Of a DNA stretch of 61,783 nt, positions 10,153 through 18,742 are shown one piece after another (the stretch's first letter is position 1; each line of letters opens with the position of its first letter). This stretch comes from a virus (lineage: Duplodnaviria > Caudoviricetes): positions 1 through 61,783 of the IMG/VR virus record IMGVR_UViG_3300030102_000228; one strand, 5' to 3'. The position numbers and the translations under genes were made by a program. The notes under the pieces are model-generated. The model worked only from the letters and a program-made list of their open reading frames with translations, was not told the DNA's origin and made no database searches.

Positions 10153-12660
10153 TTATGCAACTTTTGTCCATGTAGTATTACCAGACGGAGTGATTTCTGT
10201 CCACGTAGTTCCGCTGGGATCTGGTACTGCCTGCCAATTAGCATCTTGCGATGGAACTATTTTGCTCCAAACAACAGCTTGACCTACACTACCTTGAGAG
10301 GACACACCAGTTGGGAATACGTTTACACCAAATATTACGGTAACGTTCCCGACTTGTCCTGCAGCCGATGCACCCGTTGGTTCAACGTTAGCATGGGCGT
10401 TTACTGTTACTGATCCTACACCAGATGTACCAGATAGTCCAGTAACAGTAGTATTACTAACACCTGTTATAATAACTGAGCCAATAGTGCCTGTAGCTGA
10501 CGTTCCACTATTGCTAGGCTCTGGTATTACAGCAGTGCCTGTTACAGTAACTGATCCAAGAGTAGATGTACCTGAGACTCCAGTAACCTCAGCTGTGGTT
10601 ACTGATGTTACGTTTGCTGTACCTAGCACACCTGTGGCTTCTAAACCAGAAGGTTGTAACGTGGCAGCACCAGATATGGTTGTTGTACCTACACTTCCTG
10701 TGCCTTCTTGTCCAGCAGGTTCCACCCGTGCAGCTGCATCTGACAGAACATCTCCTTCAGATACGGTAGCAGATACTCCTGTAAGAGCTACAACCGCACC
10801 AGCTACTACTGTTTCGTCTCCTAATGTGCCAGTGCTCTCTACTCCTGTAACTTCAACAATCTTTGGAATAGATGCTACTACATCACCAAGAGCAGATGTG
10901 CCTGCAACGCCTGTTACATTTAGATTTGCAACGCCTGTTACAGTAACAGAACCTATGCTTCCTGTAACTTCAAGGCCAGAAGGCTGTAGAGTGGCGGCTC
11001 CAGATATGGATACTGAACCTAGACTTCCTGTAGCTTCTTCCCCTGTAACAGCAACATTTGCGCCTGCTGATACAGTCTCATCGCCTAGTGTGCCAGTGCC
11101 TGCAACGCCCGTAGGAGCTACAAGTGCGGTTCCAGTTACTGTAGTTGTGCCTACTCCTCCAGTGGCAGATACTCCTGTAGGGGCTACATTTGCATCAGCT
11201 GTTACTGTTTCATCACCTAATGTGCCTGTAGCAGATACTCCTGTAACTTCTTCTACGATACCGTGAGCAATAAATACTGTGCCCACTCCTCCTGTAGCTT
11301 CTAGTCCAGAAGGCTGTATGGTAGCAGCGCCAGACACAGTTACGCTTCCAAGAGTGCCTGTACCAGAATTACCTGTAGGAGCTACAATAGCCGCTGCAAC
11401 TACTGTGGTTGTGCCTGTTCCACCCGTGCCTGCTACACCAGTGGATTGCGATACAGCACCGCCAGTAGCAGTAACCACTGTTGGGGTGTTTGCCTGTCCA
11501 CCCATACCGCTGTGGACTGCACAATAGTAGTAGAGGGTAGGTGCGCCTGTAGCTACAGTTATTTCTGTATAAGCACCTGAATTACCTGCCGTACCGTTAG
11601 TTGTTACACCTGTAGTATATTCTGATCCACTAGCGTGCGTACCGTCTGAGGTTGTAGAAAGTCGTAACGGGTGTCCTGAGTTACTAGAATCACTCTGATC
11701 AAATCTATATGTACCACCTTCATACAGAGTGAGTGTGTCCTGCTGCACACCATCTATAAAATATTTATTACCAGAACCAGTGCTAACTACTGTAACTGCA
11801 AATACTACTGTGTCGCCTGTATTAGCAAGTCCTGCAACTGCGGATACACCCGTAGATGTAACATTCGCAACACCTGTTACGGTAACAGAACCTATGCCTC
11901 CTGTGGCTTCTAGCCCAGATGGTTGGATTGTTCCTGCACCAGATATGGTTACTGAATTTAAGTTACCTGTGGCAGATACGCCTGTTACAGCTGTGTTTGA
12001 ATCGGCTGTAGGAGTTACTGAACCTAGAGTTCCTGTGCCAGATACCCCTGTTGCAGACACGTTTGCAATAGCGCCTGCGGTAGCCGTTCCAGTAGCACCT
12101 GTGGCAGATACGCCTGTTACAGATACTACATTCTCAGCATTAACAGTCTCATTTCCTAACGAACCTGTAGCGGATACACCTGTTACAGATAAAATTGAAT
12201 CGCCAGTTACGGTTAGGCTACCTAGTCCTCCTGTGCCAGCCACACCTGAAGGTAACGCTATCGATTCAGTATCAATGATTTCAGATCCTAGTGTGGCTGT
12301 AGCAGCTACACCTGTTACGGATACATCTACATCTACAAAAGTTATTACGGTAACTGAACTTAGAGATGTCGAGGCTGACAGCCCTGTTACTGAAACTATG
12401 GTTTCGGTATTTACGGTAACAGACCCAAGAGAGCCTGACATACCTATGTTAGCAGCTATGCCGCCCCAGTTACCTGACGCCCAAGTACCACCACCCCAGC
12501 CTACAGCTGTTTGAGGTAGTGGTTCAGCGTTAACATCAACAACACCACCCCAAGTGCCTTCACCCCAACTGGTGACGCCCCAAGCAGTATTAGCATCTCC
12601 CCAGTTACCTGACCCCCAAGTACCAGATCCCCAGGTTGTATCTTCGTATTCTTCTGTCAT
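10153..12660 (-). CDS. Repetitive virion structural/fiber protein with embedded cupredoxin-like domain
   Basis: 835 aa of VTGVSATGxLG repeats; internal GHP...YYYCAVHSGM. Confidence 0.75.
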   Translation of the reverse strand: MTEEYEDTTWGSGTWGSGNWGDANTAWGVTSWGEGTWGGVVDVNAEPLPQTAVGWGGGTWASGNWGGIAANIGMSGSLGSVTVNTETIVSVTGLSASTSLSSVTVITFVDVDVSVTGVAATATLGSEIIDTESIALPSGVAGTGGLGSLTVTGDSILSVTGVSATGSLGNETVNAENVVSVTGVSATGATGTATAGAIANVSATGVSGTGTLGSVTPTADSNTAVTGVSATGNLNSVTISGAGTIQPSGLEATGGIGSVTVTGVANVTSTGVSAVAGLANTGDTVVFAVTVVSTGSGNKYFIDGVQQDTLTLYEGGTYRFDQSDSSNSGHPLRLSTTSDGTHASGSEYTTGVTTNGTAGNSGAYTEITVATGAPTLYYYCAVHSGMGGQANTPTVVTATGGAVSQSTGVAGTGGTGTTTVVAAAIVAPTGNSGTGTLGSVTVSGAATIQPSGLEATGGVGTVFIAHGIVEEVTGVSATGTLGDETVTADANVAPTGVSATGGVGTTTVTGTALVAPTGVAGTGTLGDETVSAGANVAVTGEEATGSLGSVSISGAATLQPSGLEVTGSIGSVTVTGVANLNVTGVAGTSALGDVVASIPKIVEVTGVESTGTLGDETVVAGAVVALTGVSATVSEGDVLSDAAARVEPAGQEGTGSVGTTTISGAATLQPSGLEATGVLGTANVTSVTTAEVTGVSGTSTLGSVTVTGTAVIPEPSNSGTSATGTIGSVIITGVSNTTVTGLSGTSGVGSVTVNAHANVEPTGASAAGQVGNVTVIFGVNVFPTGVSSQGSVGQAVVWSKIVPSQDANWQAVPDPSGTTWTEITPSGNTTWTKVA

Positions 12661-12824
12661 TGTTCAGTCCCTTGAGGTTCTGTCTCGCAGGTTTCACCTT
12701 GACAGCAATCATAAATAACTTGTCCACAGACAACACATTGTTCGTGTCCGTGTACAAAAACTGTTTTTAGATTACCCTGACAACGGGGACAGCGGGGTGC
12801 GCAGTGTTCTTTGTGTGTCTCCAT
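12657..12824 (-). CDS. 55-aa Cys/His-rich zinc-finger protein, not in ORF track
   Basis: METHKEHCAPRCPRCQGNLKTVFVHGHEQCVVCGQVIYDCCQGETC...; ATGA overlap with the next gene. Confidence 0.7.
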   Translation of the reverse strand: METHKEHCAPRCPRCQGNLKTVFVHGHEQCVVCGQVIYDCCQGETCETEPQGTEQ

Positions 12825-12858
12825 CTGTCAACACCCCGTGCGTGCGTAACCCCGTATT

Positions 12859-13287
12859 TTATGCAATCCGAATAATAGCGTTTGATGCGTCTGCTGTTGG
12901 GAACTGAATTGTAAAGTCACCTGCTGTAGATGTCTTATCAGCACCAAAATCCAGAACTGCTACAGCTGGATCACCACCGCCTGACTTATAGATAAGCGCA
13001 CCACGAGCAGTGATAGTTGCTGTACTAAAAGTAACGTCATTGAAATCAAGCAACGCAGTAGTTCCAGAAGTTGTTGGTGCAACTACGGTAAGTGTAGCTC
13101 CGCCAGCAGTATATCCAGTACCAGATACTTCGTTGCTTGTACTATATGCAGTTGTTGCTGCACCGAGACTCGCTGAACTTGTAAACAACGCAATTTTGTA
13201 TGTTGCGCTCGTGTCTGAGCTGAAGTCCATCTCACCATCGAGAAGGGCTTTTTTAAATGATGTGCACATCGCTTGTGATATAGCCAT
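12859..13287 (-). CDS. Virion (tail) structural protein
   Basis: 142 aa beta-rich (KIALFTS...EVSGTGYTAGG...ITARGALIY); GGAG RBS. Confidence 0.7.
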   Translation of the reverse strand: MAISQAMCTSFKKALLDGEMDFSSDTSATYKIALFTSSASLGAATTAYSTSNEVSGTGYTAGGATLTVVAPTTSGTTALLDFNDVTFSTATITARGALIYKSGGGDPAVAVLDFGADKTSTAGDFTIQFPTADASNAIIRIA

Positions 13288-13298
13288 TTTTCTACTCC

Positions 13299-13928
13299 TT
13301 AGCTAACAGGGTTACGCACTTGTCCTGAACGGTAGGCATCTTCTCTTAATTTACCATCCGCCAGATTCTTAAGCAAACTGAGAGACTGCATATACATTTT
13401 TTCATACATAGCAACCATATCTTGTTCGCCTTTCATGAAGCGTATTGCTTCAACTAACGCACCATTTAACAATGCGCTATCAAACTCGTCCCCAAGCCAT
13501 GTAGTGCCTGCTGTAACAATAGTCTCTGGGTAATACCCATAGTGAAGTTCTACTGAGTACACAGCATCTGGAGTGGGTCCGAGAATAAAATTATCCTCAT
13601 CAAAATATCCGTAATGTTTTGGCAACCCTGTGGAAGTTACTTTAGGGTATGCCTCACGAATAAAATTTACGTCCTTATTTATCAGATAATGATAATTACT
13701 ACTACCATCTATAACTGCTAAAGAGTACGAATATAAAAAATCAGTTGGTACTGAAAGATACTGTCCGTTAGCAGATGTTGCTCCTGTAGCGTTCTTTCGT
13801 AACGCAGGAAACTGAACACTGTTATAAATCTTTTGCTCTGCCTGATCTGTAAACAAAGCAAGTTGCGCATCTGTGAATGTAGTTTCACAGATATCTTGTA
13901 TATTTGTTTTTAGGTCAGCATAATTCAT
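13299..13928 (-). CDS. Head-tail adaptor-like protein
   Basis: 209 aa; GLPKHY...ILGPTPDAVYSVELHY...ALLNGALVEA pattern. Confidence 0.65.
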   Translation of the reverse strand: MNYADLKTNIQDICETTFTDAQLALFTDQAEQKIYNSVQFPALRKNATGATSANGQYLSVPTDFLYSYSLAVIDGSSNYHYLINKDVNFIREAYPKVTSTGLPKHYGYFDEDNFILGPTPDAVYSVELHYGYYPETIVTAGTTWLGDEFDSALLNGALVEAIRFMKGEQDMVAMYEKMYMQSLSLLKNLADGKLREDAYRSGQVRNPVS

Positions 13929-13931
13929 AAC

Positions 13932-14048
13932 TTACTTCTTTTTCTTAATTAAAGACTTTAAGGTTTTAGCTTGTTTTGCGTGTGTTCTTGACGCTTTTCC
14001 TAGCCCCTTCATTACCTTTTTTATCTTAGCTTTTGTGCTATTTTTCAT
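13932..14048 (-). CDS. 38-aa Lys-rich protein, not in ORF track
   Basis: MKNSTKAKIKKVMKGLGKASRTHAKQAKTLKSLIKKKK; fills the operon gap. Confidence 0.55.
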   Translation of the reverse strand: MKNSTKAKIKKVMKGLGKASRTHAKQAKTLKSLIKKKK

Positions 14049-14051
14049 GTT

Positions 14052-14228
14052 TTACCCCATTGGTCCTCTTGCAAGATTGCCTTGTGTAGCCGCACCTGCA
14101 CCACGAATCTTAACTCCGCCGCCACTAGAAAGCGTTACTTTCTTTTTGTTAGGCTTCTTAGTTTTTAATTTAGTGCCAATCTTCCGCATCTTCTTAGTTC
14201 TTGGCGGTTTTATCATACTGCGCAACAT
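14052..14228 (-). CDS. 58-aa Lys-rich protein, not in ORF track
   Basis: MLRSMIKPPRTKK...SSGGGVKIRGAGAATQGNLARGPMG; AGGAG RBS. Confidence 0.65.
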   Translation of the reverse strand: MLRSMIKPPRTKKMRKIGTKLKTKKPNKKKVTLSSGGGVKIRGAGAATQGNLARGPMG

Positions 14229-14237
14229 TGCTAACTC

Positions 14238-14585
14238 CTACGAAATACTTACCGTTACTTGCCCTACAAACACAGTTCCAACCACGGTTGGTTTTATCGA
14301 TCCTAACTGAGTTACATCTGGGCTACCAGCAATAATTATAATCGCTCTACTGCCAGCAAATTGAGTTGTATCTGGCCTAGGATCACGTAAAGCTTGAGGA
14401 TCATCTACAGGAAACTCACCCAACCTGTTCTGTGGATGATCTCCATTCCAACACTCAGGACAAGCTTTTATGTTAACAAGTTGTCCTTTCTTTACTAACT
14501 TACGGAGCTCACGTAGTAGGAAAGTGAACCCACATATGTCACATACACCTAAAGCTCTTTTACCAGATGCAAACCTATCGCCCAT
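14238..14585 (-). CDS. Hypothetical zinc-binding virion-module protein
   Basis: CDIC...CPEC; DPQALRDPRPD. Confidence 0.7.
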   Translation of the reverse strand: MGDRFASGKRALGVCDICGFTFLLRELRKLVKKGQLVNIKACPECWNGDHPQNRLGEFPVDDPQALRDPRPDTTQFAGSRAIIIIAGSPDVTQLGSIKPTVVGTVFVGQVTVSIS

Positions 14586-15271
14586 TATAACCTCGTTGCT
14601 GTAGGTACAAACCTAAACGGTGTTTTCTCTCTGTCTTCACCTGCAGCAAGTATAAACTGTGCTTCATACTCTTGCTTAAGAAGCTCTATGCGGGGAGCTA
14701 AATTTGGGTCTTTCATAGCGATATGATACGCTAATCCTGCCACCAGACACGGTAAGAAACGGAAGTTCATATCTGCTGTTTCTACACCGCTACCTGCGTC
14801 TTGTATCCTGCGTAGTCTCCAGTATACGAAAGTGTAATCATTGGAGTCAGGCACAGGCCAAACGTTTACTGTAGGATTGTCACGTTGCCTGTCGATCCAT
14901 ACTTGAATCGGCCTACCTCGTGTAAGTTTGTTAGGGATTGTGGCAAAAGTGCTAACACTAATACGTGTTATACTTAAATCAGCCTGCGTAGTAACATTCC
15001 CTGCATCCGTACGAATAACTTGTTCAAGCAAGTCTATAGTATCTGCAGGTAGATTATATGTTTGTGAACCTGTAGTAAGTGCTACTGAACCTTCGGCAAT
15101 AGTCCATAGGTTTATCCCACGGTTTTGCCATTCAATAGTCATAAGATTCATAGATCTGCGAGCGGTCCGTAAATCGTAACCGCTACGCATCTCTCTACCA
15201 GCGCGGGCCCAAGCCTCTTCCGCTATTTCGGTAAAGTCCATATCAAAGGCTGTGGTTCCGCTAGTAGTCAT
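14585..15271 (-). CDS. Head completion / adaptor protein
   Basis: 228 aa; ARRSMNL...EWQNRGINLW...WPVPD...RFLPCLVAGLAY pattern. Confidence 0.65.
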   Translation of the reverse strand: MTTSGTTAFDMDFTEIAEEAWARAGREMRSGYDLRTARRSMNLMTIEWQNRGINLWTIAEGSVALTTGSQTYNLPADTIDLLEQVIRTDAGNVTTQADLSITRISVSTFATIPNKLTRGRPIQVWIDRQRDNPTVNVWPVPDSNDYTFVYWRLRRIQDAGSGVETADMNFRFLPCLVAGLAYHIAMKDPNLAPRIELLKQEYEAQFILAAGEDREKTPFRFVPTATRL

Positions 15272-15574
15272 TTACTTTGCCTTCTTCTTTTTCTTAGTTT
15301 TAGTAGCCTTCTTCGGTGGTTCGTAATCATAAGATGGAGCTGATACAGAAGATACCTTACCGTTAATTTCTTCAGATTCAACTGCCACTGTTTCTGCAAT
15401 AATTGCAGGTTTACCCATGATTGCGTCTAACTCCGCTTCAGCTTCTGCTTTTGTCATAATCTTTGGGACAATAACAGTATATGTACCATCCCCATTGTTT
15501 ATACCTATTTGATATACAGGTTCATTTGTTTTAGATATCACTCCATTCTGGAATACTTCATATACAGCCATCAT
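15272..15574 (-). CDS. Hypothetical protein with Lys-rich tail
   Basis: GGAGG RBS; contiguous in operon. Confidence 0.7.
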   Translation of the reverse strand: MMAVYEVFQNGVISKTNEPVYQIGINNGDGTYTVIVPKIMTKAEAEAELDAIMGKPAIIAETVAVESEEINGKVSSVSAPSYDYEPPKKATKTKKKKKAK

Positions 15575-15594
15575 AACCTCCTCTGGCTCCTTCC

Positions 15595-15876
15595 TTATTT
15601 TTTCTTTTTCCTCGTCACACTCTTAACACGGCGAGGCTTACCTGCGGGTTGTCCCAATCGTTTCTTTTGGGCAATCCGAGATCTCTTTTCGGATGAAGTA
15701 AGCTCACTGGCAGTTTTTGGGGTTTTGGAAGAAACCCTTTTGCTGGGGCGACAATATGGAGTACCCCGTTTTTCACCTTTGCGTCTGCCACAGGCTTTAC
15801 CCGTCCTAACGTCTTTCCAGTCTTCTTTAAACCATCGTTTGAGAGCAAGACCAGATTTTGTTTTTCTAACAGCCAT
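15595..15876 (-). CDS. Basic protein (DUF5872-like)
   Basis: LKRWFKEDW...CGR...PYCRPSKRVSSKTP. Confidence 0.6.
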   Translation of the reverse strand: MAVRKTKSGLALKRWFKEDWKDVRTGKACGRRKGEKRGTPYCRPSKRVSSKTPKTASELTSSEKRSRIAQKKRLGQPAGKPRRVKSVTRKKKK

Positions 15877-15886
15877 ATTCTTCCCA

Positions 15887-16159
15887 TCACACGTATTTTG
15901 TAACTTTACGCCTGTCTTCTCTTACAATCCCGCAGCCCCTAGCGATATTAGGGTTTTTAGCAGCACGTTTTCTTCTGGCGAGACCTCCACCACTTAACTG
16001 CACAATGCCACCAGCTGCCTTCTTCTTTTTCTTTTTACTGCTATTGCCGTAGTTAGCAGCACCAACTTTTCTACACTTGGCGATGGCGCCACTAGCATAT
16101 GCGCTCGGAAAAACTTTATAGCGAGCCTTAACTTTATGATAACAAGCGTCTTTAGGCAT
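15887..16159 (-). CDS. Basic hypothetical protein
   Basis: DACYHKVKARYKVFPSAYASGAIAKCRK. Confidence 0.65.
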   Translation of the reverse strand: MPKDACYHKVKARYKVFPSAYASGAIAKCRKVGAANYGNSSKKKKKKAAGGIVQLSGGGLARRKRAAKNPNIARGCGIVREDRRKVTKYV

Positions 16160-16442
16160 CTTTTCTAGCCCTCCTTATGCTTTCCTTACCTTGACGAAAG
16201 ATCTTTGCAACCTCGGTCTTACCCATAACTTTGGCTCTCTGTTCACCAACCGTAAGTATCTGTATCTTCCTTGCAAAAGGTTTATTTACCTTCTTTACCT
16301 TTGCTACTGTAGCTCTGGCATCAGAAGGAGTGGCGAACTTTATACCGACAGTATCTTTAGGATTCTCATCGGTATAAAGTCTACGACCTGATCCTTTAGG
16401 TTTTTTTCCTGTACCTACTTTTGGATCTCTACGTTTTGCCAC
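16152..16442 (-). CDS. Basic hypothetical protein
   Basis: GSGRRLYTDENPKDTV; overlaps neighbours. Confidence 0.65.
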   Translation of the reverse strand: MAKRRDPKVGTGKKPKGSGRRLYTDENPKDTVGIKFATPSDARATVAKVKKVNKPFARKIQILTVGEQRAKVMGKTEVAKIFRQGKESIRRARKDA

Positions 16443-16867
16443 TATTTTTTACCGCCTTTTTTATTGCCTTTGGACATTGAGACCATTTTAACAGGGCGGA
16501 AACCTCTAGCTGCAATACCTACACCACGAACTTTACCACCAGCTTTATAGCCTTTGGACTTCATAGCCCCACCAGCTTTCATACCTTTAGTTTTCTTTTT
16601 ATCTACGTTTTTAATTGCAGCTGTTAAACCACCAGCCATCATACCTTTAGGCTTCATAGCTCCACCAGCTTTCATACCTTTAGGCTTCATAGCTCCACCA
16701 GCTTTGTAACCCTTAGATTTTGTCATGCCACCAGCTTTCATGAAACCCATTTTGTTTCTTACGTCTTTTGGTAACTTTCTTAATCCTGGGTTGTCAGGCT
16801 TTTTTAGCCCACCTTTTGCCTTCATCTTATTTTTCATCATCATCTTGCTCCGCATAGAGATTATCAA
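16442..16867 (-). CDS. Lys/Gly/Met-rich repeat protein
   Basis: Seven (M/Y)xAGG-type repeats; exact start uncertain. Confidence 0.7.
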   Translation of the reverse strand: MIISMRSKMMMKNKMKAKGGLKKPDNPGLRKLPKDVRNKMGFMKAGGMTKSKGYKAGGAMKPKGMKAGGAMKPKGMMAGGLTAAIKNVDKKKTKGMKAGGAMKSKGYKAGGKVRGVGIAARGFRPVKMVSMSKGNKKGGKK

Positions 16868-17528
16868 ACACTTGATTTACGTCCAACGTGTAATCCAAAT
16901 CAGACTTGCTGTAGTGGATATGTTGTGACGGCCTGAAGTCGGGAGCACCATCTCCCATTTCAAACCATGCAGGGTGAGACACCCGTACACGATTATTTGG
17001 AAGAGCAACGATGTTACCCGTCCAGCTACCTGCATCTAACAACTCAAGTACGTGTGCTTGTTTGTGTTGTGCAGGGTCGTCCGCTATTTCAGAATCGGTG
17101 TAGTCAACAGTAAAATAATACTTTGCTGGGTACATCTCACCGTTAATTTTTGCCATCCACGGACAGGGAGTACAGCGTTCAAGCACATAAACACTATGTG
17201 TTCTTGAAGCACAGTCCCAAGGTTGTGCAGCCCATACGGGCATAGGATCGGGCCATTCATCGAAAGGCGTGTCTCCTACAAGTGCAGTTATGGGCATTCT
17301 TGCCCACATCGCTCCGCCATGCGGGTTAGGATCATCGGTGTCGTATGTTTCGGCACCAGTGAATATTATTTGGAATGAAAGACAACGATTAGGAATTGTG
17401 GTTACTGCAATAGCCATAGCGTGTAAGAACTCGCCATGATACTTATCATGATTATGAGTATACTCTCTACGTACCCAACATTTAAAATGTGGTATGTTGG
17501 ACTGTAAAAAGGCCATTAGCAGTTCCAC
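16827..17528 (-). CDS. Hypothetical protein (likely start 17516)
   Basis: 233-aa ORF rich in His, Trp and Cys; TAATG coupling at 17516. Confidence 0.75.
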   Translation of the reverse strand: MELLMAFLQSNIPHFKCWVRREYTHNHDKYHGEFLHAMAIAVTTIPNRCLSFQIIFTGAETYDTDDPNPHGGAMWARMPITALVGDTPFDEWPDPMPVWAAQPWDCASRTHSVYVLERCTPCPWMAKINGEMYPAKYYFTVDYTDSEIADDPAQHKQAHVLELLDAGSWTGNIVALPNNRVRVSHPAWFEMGDGAPDFRPSQHIHYSKSDLDYTLDVNQVFDNLYAEQDDDEK

Positions 17529-17815
17529 TTCCTCAAGCTTTTGTTAATACGGCTATTTGGATCTCTAGCCGTCTTCGCACTTGTTAAACGTTTCTTCATG
17601 CCCTTCATCCGTGCGCAAAATGATTTACGCCGTTTTGCAGCTTTAGAGCCTTTCTTTAGCTTACTAGGTTTGGTAGTAACCGCAGTCTGTAACTTACTTC
17701 CTGGGTTTGCTCTCCTATAGCTTTCAACGCCTTTCTTGTTCAGACCACCTTTGGGGTCTTTACCTTCCTTGCGAGTCCAAGCTGGAGAACCACCTTTTTT
17801 GTAGTAATGCCGCAT
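17516..17815 (-). CDS. Basic protein (DUF6321-like)
   Basis: RRKSFCARMKG...DPNSRINKSLRKWNC. Confidence 0.65.
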   Translation of the reverse strand: MRHYYKKGGSPAWTRKEGKDPKGGLNKKGVESYRRANPGSKLQTAVTTKPSKLKKGSKAAKRRKSFCARMKGMKKRLTSAKTARDPNSRINKSLRKWNC

Positions 17816-17824
17816 AATAAGCTC

Positions 17825-18100
17825 TTAACAGTAAAACACTGTAATAGCAGTGATATTTGTAATGACAGATATGAAGATATCATCCACACGAATACCATCT
17901 GCTGGTATATTTACAGAGTGAGTGTCAGAAGCATTGAAATCTAAATCCAGCACAGTGGCCCCACCACTACCGTTAGTAATAGTAAGACGAGGTGAACCAG
18001 AAGCAGTTTTCAGTTGTATCTGACGGATGCGAGCAGGACCAACACCAGCAGAACCAGTGCCAGTCAAACGCTTCGTTTGTATGTCTGATGAATGAGACAT
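17825..18100 (-). CDS. Small beta-rich virion protein
   Basis: 91 aa; follows capsid genes. Confidence 0.6.
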   Translation of the reverse strand: MSHSSDIQTKRLTGTGSAGVGPARIRQIQLKTASGSPRLTITNGSGGATVLDLDFNASDTHSVNIPADGIRVDDIFISVITNITAITVFYC

Positions 18101-18112
18101 TCTAGCCCCCTA

Positions 18113-18568
18113 TTACTGAGCGCCAGCTTCAGCCATTACATACGTTAAAACGCCAGTAAACGTACCACCAGAAGCGGCAGAAGAGCCTACCATGCCTGTA
18201 ACTGTTGCATCAGCAGCAAGACCACCAGCAACTGCAAGTGCGCCGTTAGCGCCCACGATTGTACCAGCTGTATCTGCGTCAACTTCATTAAACAATCCAT
18301 CTGGATCAGCAGATGTACCAATATCAACAGTTGGGTTTGTACCACCAGTTGCGCCACCGATAACCATAATCGAAATAGGAATCGCACCTGCAGGAAGAGT
18401 CAATGTCTCTCCAGAGGATGATGATGTACCAATACGAACATTAGTAGCACCACTAGCAGTTGGATCGAACGAAATTTGCACACTTTGAGTCATTGGGGCG
18501 GGCGTATGCGTGCCTTTTGCGCCTCCGCCGTATGAGCGGACGACACCTTGGAAGGTTGTGTTTGCCAT
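18113..18568 (-). CDS. Capsid-associated/decoration-type protein
   Basis: Start MANTTF at 18568 with AGGAG RBS; G/T/A-rich. Confidence 0.6.
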   Translation of the reverse strand: MANTTFQGVVRSYGGGAKGTHTPAPMTQSVQISFDPTASGATNVRIGTSSSSGETLTLPAGAIPISIMVIGGATGGTNPTVDIGTSADPDGLFNEVDADTAGTIVGANGALAVAGGLAADATVTGMVGSSAASGGTFTGVLTYVMAEAGAQ

Positions 18569-18666
18569 GTTCATCTCCTGTCTAGGCAAATGTCAGCCAC
18601 ACCGTGCGGCTGTCAGGGATAAACACAGTATAATACAGAAATATATAAAAAGAAAGTGATACGCTT

Positions 18667-18736
18667 AAAAAGGCAGGAGGGAGGCAGTTTATTACCCCCC
18701 TCCCTAGCTCGGCAGTTTATTACCTCACCGAAGCCT
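18667..18736 (-). terminator. Branched RNA structure with U-tract downstream of major capsid gene
   Basis: AGGC/GCCT closing stem plus TTTTT enclosing two hairpins with identical loops. Confidence 0.55.
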
Positions 18737-18742
18737 GTGCGC

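Noticed and set aside
10487-12514. Long plus-strand ORFs (259 and 261 aa)
   Set aside because: Antisense shadows of the repetitive Gly/Thr/Val-rich gene
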